A stretch of 55,441 bases of DNA from an uncultured Bacteroidaceae bacterium (GTDB taxonomy: Bacteria > Bacteroidota > Bacteroidia > Bacteroidales > Bacteroidaceae), in NCBI GenBank assembly GCA_904501775.1, contig CAJGCJ010000001.1:1-55441 (forward strand), written 5' to 3'. The stretch's first letter is position 1. Every line of letters starts with the position of its first letter. A program made the translations under genes and the position numbers. Shown piece after piece: positions 8,889 through 16,915 of this stretch. A model generated the notes under the pieces. It did not search any database. It had not been told where the DNA came from and saw only the letters and a list, made by a program, of their open reading frames with translations.

Positions 8889-9499
8889 AAAGAGCCATAA
8901 TCACACTCCTTATTGCAACTGCACTGTGGACAATAATGTTCAGCCCTGCAACTGCACCATATGTAAACTTCTGGTGGATGATGACAGCATCGGCATGCAC
9001 CCTGTCGGCTTTGGCAACCATCTTCAATCCCGGATGGTGGAAACAGGTGCGCATAGATGCATCAAACATCATATTGGGAGTAGTAATAGCCGTTGCGCTA
9101 TGGTCTATATTCTGGATAGGCGACAAGCTGTCACAGATTATGTTCAACTTTGCCCGTCCACAGGTAGATCTTATATACAGCATGAAGGATGGCGAATCGG
9201 CATGGCTACTGACTGCGCTAATGCTGTTCCTTATAGGACCTGCCGAGGAGATTTTTTGGCGCGGATATATTCAAAAAACCTTTGCAGCACGTTGGAATCC
9301 CAATATCGGATTCATTGTAACTACTGCCATATACGCGCTTGTACATGCAGGCTCGTGCAACTTCATGCTCACTATGGCAGCCCTTGTTGCCGGCTTCGTA
9401 TGGGGACTCCTGTACCGTTTCTTCCCAAATAGATTCGGAGCAATAATAATATCACACGCTTTGTGGGATGTTGCTGTATTTATTTGGTTCCCTATATAA
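8885..9499 (+). CDS. CPBP-family intramembrane metalloprotease (CAAX protease-like)
   Basis: EEIFWRG (EExxxR) and HALWD motifs, multi-TM. ATGA overlap with the menA stop. Confidence 0.8.
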   Translation: MKRAIITLLIATALWTIMFSPATAPYVNFWWMMTASACTLSALATIFNPGWWKQVRIDASNIILGVVIAVALWSIFWIGDKLSQIMFNFARPQVDLIYSMKDGESAWLLTALMLFLIGPAEEIFWRGYIQKTFAARWNPNIGFIVTTAIYALVHAGSCNFMLTMAALVAGFVWGLLYRFFPNRFGAIIISHALWDVAVFIWFPI

Positions 9500-9510
9500 G
9501 TAAAACTACA

Positions 9511-9538
9511 ATTTAACAGTCGACATCAACTGTTAAAT
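9511..9538 (+). terminator. Stem-loop after the CPBP gene
   Basis: 10-bp perfect stem atttaacagt / actgttaaat with an 8-nt loop. No T tract. Confidence 0.4.
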
Positions 9539-9583
9539 AACATTACAAAAGTTTTAATATCTCATAAAATTTTACGAACTTTG

Positions 9584-9618
9584 TGTCGGTGTCTATTACA
9601 GATGCCGACATATTTTTT
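9584..9618 (+). terminator. Rho-independent terminator
   Basis: Stem tgtcggtgtc / gatgccgaca (2 G-U pairs) followed by TATTTTTT. Confidence 0.65.
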
Positions 9619-9629
9619 ATTTGCTTAAT

Positions 9630-9749
9630 CTCTGACACGAACTGCGACCTCGATAAGAGTTTTTTTGCAAATACCAACAACCATTGAGTCTGTGCTACAT
9701 GCGTAGATTCACTATAGGTTGTTGGGGTTGTCGCAGACTTGTGTCAGAG
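9630..9749. other. About 120-nt nested inverted-repeat structure upstream of the caspase cassette
   Basis: Outer arms ctctgacacgaactgcgac (9630-9648) / gtcgcagacttgtgtcagag (9730-9749), inner arms ccaacaacc (9674-9682) / ggttgttgg (9717-9725), apical ctac-atgc-gtag. Confidence 0.5.
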
Positions 9750-9832
9750 TATAGTGGGTCTGCGCTTCTTTTTTTACTCCATGATTTGTGCAGTCCCTTA
9801 CCCTTTTAACTGTACCAATCAATATAAGTAAT

Positions 9833-11233
9833 ATGAACAGAGCAAAAAAAGGTATCCCCAATAGCATTATTATATTTATGCTATTCGCAATGCTAAGCAC
9901 TACAGGCGTTCTGGCACAAAGTTTCAAATACACATATAAAGGTGTAGAGTTCAAATGCAAAACAAAAAAAGGCAAAACCAGGATTGTAGCTTTCAACAAC
10001 GAGTGTGCACGTGTTGTAATACCATCCGAGGTAAAGGATAAAAAAGGTATAAAACACAATGTTGACTGTGTAGACCTATATGTAGAGGCCTCCAGATATA
10101 AGACTCATACAATAGCTATAGAGCCGGGCGTAACAGAGATAGCTCCGTACTGTTTCTACCAGTTTGTAGAACTCAGCGACATCTATATCCCCAACACCAT
10201 AGAACATATAGGAAAAAAGGCATTCAACAAGAAACATATACCAAACTTTACAATGCCCTCAACCATAAATGAGGCCGACCTTATAGCAGGACTTGCTGTT
10301 TACCCACAAGCCGGTGGCACACAACAGCCTATAGACCCTATGGTTGGTATCGATTTATCGGCATACTCAGACCAAACGAATGAAAGCGAAAATAGAATAA
10401 GCGAACAGACTGTCACGTTTGAGACTGCTGCAATCACCCCCGGAACATCAGATATTGACACCCAGATTCCAATGGGAAGAGGTGAGAGGGAAAACACATT
10501 CTGTCTGATTATAGCCAATGAGAAATATAGCAACCAAGATACCCCCGACGTTAAATATGCCCTGCAGGATGGAGTCACATTCAACAACTACTGTCTTCGT
10601 ACACTCAGACTTCCCAAAAGCAATGTCCGCTTTGTAAAAAACGCAAAATACCTTGATATAAAAAGGCAGATTGATTGGCTTAAAATAGTTGCAGAAGCTT
10701 ACGGAAAAGAGGCCAATTTCCTTGTATACTATGCAGGACATGGCATGGCAGATGAGAAGGGCAACTGCAAACTAATACCATCCGATGTAAGTATTAATGA
10801 TGTAAACAATGGATTCAGCCTTAAAGAGCTATACACCGAGCTAGGAGAACTTACCACCAATAATGTATTGGTACTTGTAGATGCCTGTTTCAGTGGAAAC
10901 GACCGCGATGACATAGCCGCGACCAACGAAGAGCATCGCGGTATAGTGCGCGAAGTAAAGAACGAAGTTGCAACCGGCAATGTCGTAGTGCTGACTGCGA
11001 CATCCGAGACAGAGACCGCACTCTCGTTCGAGGAGCAAGCTCACGGACTCTTCTCGTACTACCTTATGAAGAAGATTCGCGAAACCGGTGGCGACGTAAC
11101 CTATGGCGAACTCTACGATTATGTAAAGAAAAACGTAATGAAAAAGTCGGTTATTGCAAAGAGCAAAAAACAGACACCATCTGTAACCGTATCGGCCACA
11201 ATAAAAGAGAACTGGAGAAATATGAAATTCTAA
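9833..11233 (+). CDS. Secreted LRR-caspase fusion protein (peptidase C14 family)
   Basis: The ATG at 9833 gives the signal peptide MNRAKKGIPNSIIIFMLFAMLSTTGVLAQ. The N-terminus has a BspA-like LRR (VVIPSEV..GVTEIAPYCFYQFVELSDIYIPNTIEHIGKKAF). The C-terminal caspase fold has His in YYAGHG and Cys in VDACFSGN. Confidence 0.8.
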   Translation: MNRAKKGIPNSIIIFMLFAMLSTTGVLAQSFKYTYKGVEFKCKTKKGKTRIVAFNNECARVVIPSEVKDKKGIKHNVDCVDLYVEASRYKTHTIAIEPGVTEIAPYCFYQFVELSDIYIPNTIEHIGKKAFNKKHIPNFTMPSTINEADLIAGLAVYPQAGGTQQPIDPMVGIDLSAYSDQTNESENRISEQTVTFETAAITPGTSDIDTQIPMGRGERENTFCLIIANEKYSNQDTPDVKYALQDGVTFNNYCLRTLRLPKSNVRFVKNAKYLDIKRQIDWLKIVAEAYGKEANFLVYYAGHGMADEKGNCKLIPSDVSINDVNNGFSLKELYTELGELTTNNVLVLVDACFSGNDRDDIAATNEEHRGIVREVKNEVATGNVVVLTATSETETALSFEEQAHGLFSYYLMKKIRETGGDVTYGELYDYVKKNVMKKSVIAKSKKQTPSVTVSATIKENWRNMKF

Positions 11234-11246
11234 TAAACCAATCACT

Positions 11247-11738
11247 ATGAAAAGAGTATTTATATTAATGGTATTTACCATTATGGCAATTGGTGCAAGT
11301 GCACAAGTAACATATAATGTAAGAGCAGGTATTGGAGGTATGGATGTTAAAAGTGATGATTATGTTTATAATTTTTATAATAAAAATTCTGTTGAAACAA
11401 TATTTTCATACGGTGTTATGGCGCAAGCAAATATTCCATTTAACAAATATGGGAAATTCTCATTTTCACCAACTGTTTTATTCTTAACAGATATGGATTA
11501 TGAAGAGTTATATATCCCTTTACTTCTGGGATATAAAATAGGCATAGGGCACAAAAAACTTTTTTTCCCTAAAATAGGTGCATCATTGGTATATGCAGAC
11601 TATCATGAAAGCCTTTTGGGTATAACTACTGACTTAGCATTTGAGTTAAATCATCTTGTCGTAGGAGTTTTTGGTTGTTATTCATTAAATTGTGATTACG
11701 GAAGTTGTATATTTGCCACCATCGGATATAAATTCTAA
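11247..11738 (+). CDS. Small outer-membrane beta-barrel protein
   Basis: Signal peptide MKRVFILMVFTIMAIGASAQ, alternating amphipathic strands, C-terminal ...ATIGYKF (terminal Phe). Visibly AT-rich. Confidence 0.7.
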   Translation: MKRVFILMVFTIMAIGASAQVTYNVRAGIGGMDVKSDDYVYNFYNKNSVETIFSYGVMAQANIPFNKYGKFSFSPTVLFLTDMDYEELYIPLLLGYKIGIGHKKLFFPKIGASLVYADYHESLLGITTDLAFELNHLVVGVFGCYSLNCDYGSCIFATIGYKF

Positions 11739-11744
11739 AGACAA

Positions 11745-12578
11745 ATGCGACACAGCTTTATTCTATTGACAGCCGTTATGTTACTCTCAATCCCGGTTCT
11801 TCCTATATATGGAAAGAATGGAAAGGTTAAGTGCGAGGGTACTTACCGGTATGTGTACGAAGCACACGTCTCACATGCCGAGGCACGAGTTTTGGGTGTG
11901 GAATATGCCATACAATGTGCCATTGCCGAAAAGTTAGGTACAACAATCACATCGGAGAGCCGTTTAGAGATGACAAATTCCAATGAATGGTTCGCACATG
12001 TATCGCGTTTCCACGTAAAAGGCAAATTCCTTCGACACATTAAAGAGCCACAGATTAGCGACCCGATATATGCCGACAATCTCTCTTCTATTGAGATAAG
12101 CGTTTCGTTCTATGCACAGCCATTAGAATATGCACCAACTGCTTTCAAGGCACGCGTACTACGAAATGGTACAGAACCACGTTTCGAAGATGACACCTTT
12201 AGGGCTGGGGACAAGTTCTATATGCAATTCCGTTCACCAAAGGCCGGTTTTTTGGCAATTTTCTTTGAGACAACAGATAACGTCATTTGCATGTTACCAT
12301 ATATTGGAGAGGAGGACGAACCTTTTTGGGTGAAAAAAGGAGAGGACTACACACTATTCGAAGTAGAGAACAATACTTACCACATGAGTTGTGACGAAAA
12401 AGACGAAATAAACTTCGTTCATATAGTATTCTCGCCCAAGAGTTTCATTCACAACGATTTGGAACGTGAAATGAGTCTTCGTGATTTCTCGGACTGGCTC
12501 GACAGCAGACGCGCCTATGACGAGCAGTTGGAAGTAGAAACAAGAATGATAAAGGTCAGCAAAGGAAAAGAGTATTGA
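11745..12578 (+). CDS. DUF4384-domain protein with signal peptide
   Basis: N-terminal hydrophobic leader. The central GDKFYMQFRSPKAGFLAIFFETTDNVICMLPY matches my memory of the DUF4384 core (G-D-x-hydrophobic run ... LFP/LPY). The N-terminal half is LPP20-like. Confidence 0.6.
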   Translation: MRHSFILLTAVMLLSIPVLPIYGKNGKVKCEGTYRYVYEAHVSHAEARVLGVEYAIQCAIAEKLGTTITSESRLEMTNSNEWFAHVSRFHVKGKFLRHIKEPQISDPIYADNLSSIEISVSFYAQPLEYAPTAFKARVLRNGTEPRFEDDTFRAGDKFYMQFRSPKAGFLAIFFETTDNVICMLPYIGEEDEPFWVKKGEDYTLFEVENNTYHMSCDEKDEINFVHIVFSPKSFIHNDLEREMSLRDFSDWLDSRRAYDEQLEVETRMIKVSKGKEY

Positions 12579-12599
12579 CAAGATATCTGAAAGAGCAAT

Positions 12600-12630
12600 C
12601 AATCCCCATCGAACAATTCGATGGGGATTG
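12600..12630 (+). terminator. Terminator after the caspase cassette
   Basis: 14-bp perfect stem caatccccatcgaa / ttcgatggggattg with a 3-nt loop, 22 nt after the stop. Confidence 0.65.
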
Positions 12631-12752
12631 ACTCATTTATAGAACATCAATGGCATCACCGCAATATATGATATAATCCATACTAATGAAAACAATCTGC
12701 TAAAGAAGTACATTATTTCTCAAAATCCTGCCTTTTTCTCATGAGTTTATTG

Positions 12753-12760
12753 TATTTTTG
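12753..12760 (+). promoter_or_regulatory. Putative -7 box TATTTTTG upstream of pta
   Basis: Exact TAnnTTTG, 81 nt upstream of the ATG at 12841. Confidence 0.35.
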
Positions 12761-12840
12761 CAGTACTGCAAGATATGCCTGCGAGATAACATCCCACAGA
12801 CATGTTGAAAAGAATACAACATTAATAAAATTATAATACC

Positions 12841-13851
12841 ATGGATGTTATAAAGAATCTTATCGAACGTGCTTGTCAAGAGAGACAGCGCATTGTTCTC
12901 CCCGAAGGTACCGAGGAGCGTACACTCAAAGCAGCCGACAAAGCTATTGCCGATGGCATTGCCGACCTTATCATTTTGGGTAACAAAGCCGAGATAGCCG
13001 CTTTGGCCCAGAAGTTCGGTCTTAGCAACATCGAGAAAGCTACTATCATCGACCCTATGGACAACCCCGATGCCGAGAAATATGCCAACCTGCTTTATGA
13101 GTTGCGTAAGGCGAAAGGCCTCACAATGGAGGATGCCCAGAAACTTGTATGCAACCCCTTGTATCTTGGTTGCCTCATCATAAAGGCAGGTGATGCCGAT
13201 GGTCAGGTTGCAGGTGCCGAGAACACAACTGGCAACGTACTGCGTCCCGCATTGCAGATTATCAAGACCACACCGGGTATCACATGCGTATCGGGTGCCA
13301 TGATGATGATTACAAATGCTAAAGAATATGGCGAAGAGGGTGTATTGTTCTTTGCTGACGTTGCTGTAACACCCAACCCCGATGCCAACCAGCTTTCACA
13401 GATTGCAGTATGTACTGCACAGACAGCGAAGGCTCTTGCAGGCATTGAGCAGCCCCGCGTTGCAATGCTCAGTTTCTCGACAAAAGGCTCGGCTAAGCAC
13501 GAGATGGTTGAGAAAGTTACCGAGGCAACAAGACTTGCACATGAACTCGCTCCCACATTGGACCTCGACGGCGAACTTCAGGCCGATGCAGCATTGGTAC
13601 CCTTCGTAGGTGCAAGCAAGGCTCCCGGCTCAACAGTGGCAGGCAAGGCCAATGTATTGGTATTCCCCGACCTTGGCGCAGGCAACATCGGTTACAAGCT
13701 CGTTCAGCGCTTGGGTGGTGCCGAGGCTATCGGCCCCGTACTCCAAGGTATTGCACGTCCTGTGAACGACCTTTCACGCGGTTGCTCGGTAGAGGATGTC
13801 TATATGATGATTGCAATAACAGCCAACCAAGCTATTGCAGCTAAGAAATAA
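12841..13851 (+). CDS. pta: Phosphate acetyltransferase (short form)
   Basis: 336 aa PTA_PTB domain: RIVLPEGTEERTLKAA, LSFSTKGSAKH, GNIGYKLVQRLGGAEAIGPVLQG. Confidence 0.93.
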   Translation: MDVIKNLIERACQERQRIVLPEGTEERTLKAADKAIADGIADLIILGNKAEIAALAQKFGLSNIEKATIIDPMDNPDAEKYANLLYELRKAKGLTMEDAQKLVCNPLYLGCLIIKAGDADGQVAGAENTTGNVLRPALQIIKTTPGITCVSGAMMMITNAKEYGEEGVLFFADVAVTPNPDANQLSQIAVCTAQTAKALAGIEQPRVAMLSFSTKGSAKHEMVEKVTEATRLAHELAPTLDLDGELQADAALVPFVGASKAPGSTVAGKANVLVFPDLGAGNIGYKLVQRLGGAEAIGPVLQGIARPVNDLSRGCSVEDVYMMIAITANQAIAAKK

Positions 13852-13863
13852 ACATAAAAACAG

Positions 13864-13895
13864 ATACTCTTTATCGGCATGCCGATAAAGAGTAT
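13864..13895 (+). other. Perfect 32-nt palindrome between pta and ackA (attenuator or processing hairpin?)
   Basis: atactctttatcggca / tgccgataaagagtat. No T tract follows. Confidence 0.5.
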
Positions 13896-13927
13896 TCTCA
13901 TAAAAGAACAAAATAAACATTACTGAC

Positions 13928-15133
13928 ATGAAGATATTGGTATTGAACTGCGGTAGCTCATCTATCAAGTACCAGCTGTTCAACATTGAGACTAAAGAGG
14001 TACTCGCAAAGGGAGGTATCGAAAAGATAGGCCTTGAGGATTCATTCCTTAAATTCAACCTTCCCAACGGCGAGAAGGAGACTATAAAGACTGCTATTCC
14101 CGAGCATACAACAGGTGTACGTCTTATCATCGATGTGCTCACAAGTGAAAAATATGGTGTGGTTAAATCTATTTCCGAGATTGACGCTGTAGGTCACCGT
14201 ATGGTTCATGGTGGCGAGAAGTTCAGCGCATCGACACTGCTTACCGATGAAGTGCTCCGCGACTTTGTAGCATGCAACGACCTTGCCCCCTTGCACAACC
14301 CTGCAAACATGAAGGGTGTGGACGCAGTTAAGGCAATTGCTCCCGAAATGCCTCAGGTAGGAGTATTCGACACAGCATTCCACCAAACAATGCCCGACTA
14401 CGCATATATGTATGCTGTTCCCTACGAGTTATACGAGCAGTATGGTGTACGCCGCTACGGTTTCCACGGAACATCGCATCGCTATGTAACAAAGCGTGTT
14501 CTCGAAATCACAGGTATGGAAGCAGAAGGCAGCCGCATCATCACATGCCACATCGGTAACGGTGGTTCTATAAGCGCAGTGAAGGATGGCAAGAGCATGG
14601 ATACCTCGATGGGCTTGACTCCACTTGAAGGCCTTATGATGGGTACACGCAGCGGCGACATCGATGCCGGTGCAATTCCTTTCATCATGGATAAATTAGG
14701 CCTTGACACACACGGTCTGTCCGACCTGTTGAACAAAAAGTCGGGTGTTGCTGCAGTATCAGGCATATCAATGGACATGCGCGAGGTTGACGCTGCAGCC
14801 AACGAAGGCAACAAGCGTGCAATTCTTGCAAATACAATGTATGCTTACCGCATAAAGAAGTACATCGGTGCATACGCAGCAGCAATGGGTGGCGTTGATG
14901 TAATTGCCTTCGCCGGTGGTGTAGGTGAGAATCAGGGTGGTATCCGCGAGGCATCACTCGAAGGTCTCGAATTCCTTGGTGTTGAGCTCGACAAAGAGTT
15001 GAATGCAAAGATGCGCGGTGAGGAGTGCATGCTCTCTACTCCCGAATCTAAGGTTAAGGTACTTCTTATACCTACCGATGAGGAGCTTATGATTGCAAGC
15101 GACACCTACGAAATTGTAAAGAACATGAAGTAA
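13928..15133 (+). CDS. ackA: Acetate kinase
   Basis: ILVLNCGSSSIKYQLF, GHRMVHGG, FHGTSHRYV, HIGNGGS, GTRSGDID. Confidence 0.95.
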   Translation: MKILVLNCGSSSIKYQLFNIETKEVLAKGGIEKIGLEDSFLKFNLPNGEKETIKTAIPEHTTGVRLIIDVLTSEKYGVVKSISEIDAVGHRMVHGGEKFSASTLLTDEVLRDFVACNDLAPLHNPANMKGVDAVKAIAPEMPQVGVFDTAFHQTMPDYAYMYAVPYELYEQYGVRRYGFHGTSHRYVTKRVLEITGMEAEGSRIITCHIGNGGSISAVKDGKSMDTSMGLTPLEGLMMGTRSGDIDAGAIPFIMDKLGLDTHGLSDLLNKKSGVAAVSGISMDMREVDAAANEGNKRAILANTMYAYRIKKYIGAYAAAMGGVDVIAFAGGVGENQGGIREASLEGLEFLGVELDKELNAKMRGEECMLSTPESKVKVLLIPTDEELMIASDTYEIVKNMK

Positions 15134-15144
15134 TTCTCTCTTAC

Positions 15145-15192
15145 ATAACACAAGAGGCATGCAATTTTAAAATTGCATGCCTCTTGTGTTAT
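15145..15192. terminator. Bidirectional terminator (48-nt perfect palindrome) between ackA and the TSCPD gene
   Basis: ataacacaagaggcatgcaatttt / aaaattgcatgcctcttgtgttat, 24-bp arms. Confidence 0.75.
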
Positions 15193-15235
15193 ATGACAAC
15201 AGCAAGGCTATAGCCTATACCGCCTGCCGTAAGAA

Positions 15236-15490
15236 TCACTCCTTCATCAACTGCTCAATGGCACGGCACAACTGGTCGGGGCACGATGTGGGCTTTCCGT
15301 TGCAGCTGATACCATTAAGGCGCTCCAGCACATCCTCGTATCTCATGCCTCTAACAAGAGAGCTTATACCCTGCAGATTACCGTTGCATCCGCCATAGAA
15401 ACGTACATCAACGACACAGCCATTCTCACCCGACACCTCAATAACCTGTGAGCATGTACCCACTGTCTTATATACAATCTTCTTCATCAT
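15236..15490 (-). CDS. TSCPD-domain protein (TIGR03905-like)
   Basis: 84 aa. GTCSQ ... GGCNGNLQG ... KPTSCPDQL motifs. Confidence 0.75.
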   Translation of the reverse strand: MMKKIVYKTVGTCSQVIEVSGENGCVVDVRFYGGCNGNLQGISSLVRGMRYEDVLERLNGISCNGKPTSCPDQLCRAIEQLMKE

Positions 15491-15915
15491 TTATCCATTT
15501 TAGTTTTAAATGCAAGAGCATAAAGTTTCATCTGCTTTATCATAGCAACCAGTCCGTTGCTGCGTGTAGGCGAAAGGTGCTCGCGCAAGCCTATTGCCTC
15601 GACAAAATAGGGCTCACTCTCCAGTATCTCTTGGGGAGTGTGTCCCGAATAGACTCTCAACAAGAGCGACACGATTCCCTTGACGATAAGAGCATCGCTC
15701 TCGGCGCGGTAGAACACCTTGCCGTCAACAAGGTCGGCCTGCAGCCACACACGGCTCTGACAGCCCTCGATAAGGTTACTCTCGGTTTTATACTCATCTT
15801 CAAGAGGAGCCTGCTCACTGCCCATGTCTATGAGCAGCTGGTATCTGTCCATCCAATCGTCGAATGAAGAGAACTCCTCTATTATCTCATCCTGTTTCTC
15901 CTTTATACTGTTCAT
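15487..15915 (-). CDS. sufE: SufE-family sulfur acceptor protein
   Basis: 142 aa. IEGCQSRVWL contains the conserved SufE Cys. 4-nt overlap with the downstream TSCPD gene. Confidence 0.8.
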   Translation of the reverse strand: MNSIKEKQDEIIEEFSSFDDWMDRYQLLIDMGSEQAPLEDEYKTESNLIEGCQSRVWLQADLVDGKVFYRAESDALIVKGIVSLLLRVYSGHTPQEILESEPYFVEAIGLREHLSPTRSNGLVAMIKQMKLYALAFKTKMDK

Positions 15916-15921
15916 ATAAGA

Positions 15922-16911
15922 TTATTTCTCGTTATAAATGACAGACAGCACAGTCTGTCCCACTATTCCAAGCGTCTCGGCCGAAATCCACGACATGTCG
16001 TCCTTCACAGTGTGCCAATAGGCGCCGAAACCGTTGTTGCTGTCTGTGTCATAATTGATGATGTCGATGCAGGGAATACCTGTAAAGCCATTGATGTAGA
16101 GATGGTCATCGGTCACATAACCACCCTCTTTATCGACAAATGTAGAGGCATAGCCCAGTTTTGCCGCATGCTTCCACACCTTGTCTACAATAGAAGAGGC
16201 ATAATGGTCCGAAATGCTCTCGCGCAGGAAGGTCGACTGCGGCGCACCCACTATGTCGAGCAATATTCCGTAACGGGCATTGTAGTTCTCTTTATGGGGC
16301 ATACGCGACCAATATTGCGAGCCCAGCGCCCATGAGTTCTCGTATGTAACCGTTTCGCTTGCATGAGTACCGTAGTCCTCGGCATCAAAAAGTATTATGT
16401 CGACACCTATCTCGGTGGGAGTTGCCGACAACACTCGTGCAACCTCAAGAAGCACACCCACGCCACTACCGCCATCGTTTGCGCCAAGTATGGGCTTGTG
16501 ATGATTCAAAGGGTCGGGGTCGGCATCGGCCCATGGACGGCTATCCCAATGGGCACACAACAACACACGTTTTTTCTTTTGTGGCTGGAACTGTGCAATT
16601 ATATTGCACGCATCAAGTTTTGTCCCGTTGTATGCAGTGAGGTTCATACGCTGCATCACAACTTCGGCACCATAGCTGCGCAGCTTATTGGCGAGCCATT
16701 CGGAGCATGCGCGGTGAGCCTCGCTGTTGGGCACACGCGGACCGAAAGCGACCTGCTCTGCCACGAAGTTATATGCGCTGTCTTTGTTGAACTGAGGCAC
16801 TTCTACCTTGACAGGTACACTCTCTTGCGGAGTCGATTGCTTTGCCGAGCTGCCTGCACACGAAACAAGCATTGCCAAGGAAATAATGAATATTACAAGG
16901 TTATTTCGCAT
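15922..16911 (-). CDS. M28-fold lipoprotein, probable glutaminyl-peptide cyclotransferase
   Basis: Lipobox LAMLVSCAG. LLCAHWDSRPWADAD, GANDGGSGV, FDAEDYG and WHT metal/active-site-like motifs, as in the type II QC described for Porphyromonas/Prevotella. Confidence 0.6.
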   Translation of the reverse strand: MRNNLVIFIISLAMLVSCAGSSAKQSTPQESVPVKVEVPQFNKDSAYNFVAEQVAFGPRVPNSEAHRACSEWLANKLRSYGAEVVMQRMNLTAYNGTKLDACNIIAQFQPQKKKRVLLCAHWDSRPWADADPDPLNHHKPILGANDGGSGVGVLLEVARVLSATPTEIGVDIILFDAEDYGTHASETVTYENSWALGSQYWSRMPHKENYNARYGILLDIVGAPQSTFLRESISDHYASSIVDKVWKHAAKLGYASTFVDKEGGYVTDDHLYINGFTGIPCIDIINYDTDSNNGFGAYWHTVKDDMSWISAETLGIVGQTVLSVIYNEK

Positions 16912-16915
16912 AATA

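Noticed and set aside
9630-9749. Interpretation of the nested inverted repeat as a phase-variable invertible promoter.
   Set aside because: There is no site-specific recombinase or invertase gene in the window, the segment between the arms is short (~80 nt), and I found no clear TAnnTTTG box inside it in either orientation. It is kept only as a low-probability alternative.
9712-10059. 115-aa minus-strand ORF spanning the caspase gene start and the upstream inverted repeat.
   Set aside because: It overlaps the well-supported signal peptide and LRR region of the caspase gene on the opposite strand. It has no motif or promoter support.
15177-15867. Plus-strand ORFs 15177-15398 and 15448-15867.
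   Set aside because: They are antisense to the TSCPD and SufE genes, both of which have conserved-motif support. The first also starts inside the palindromic terminator.
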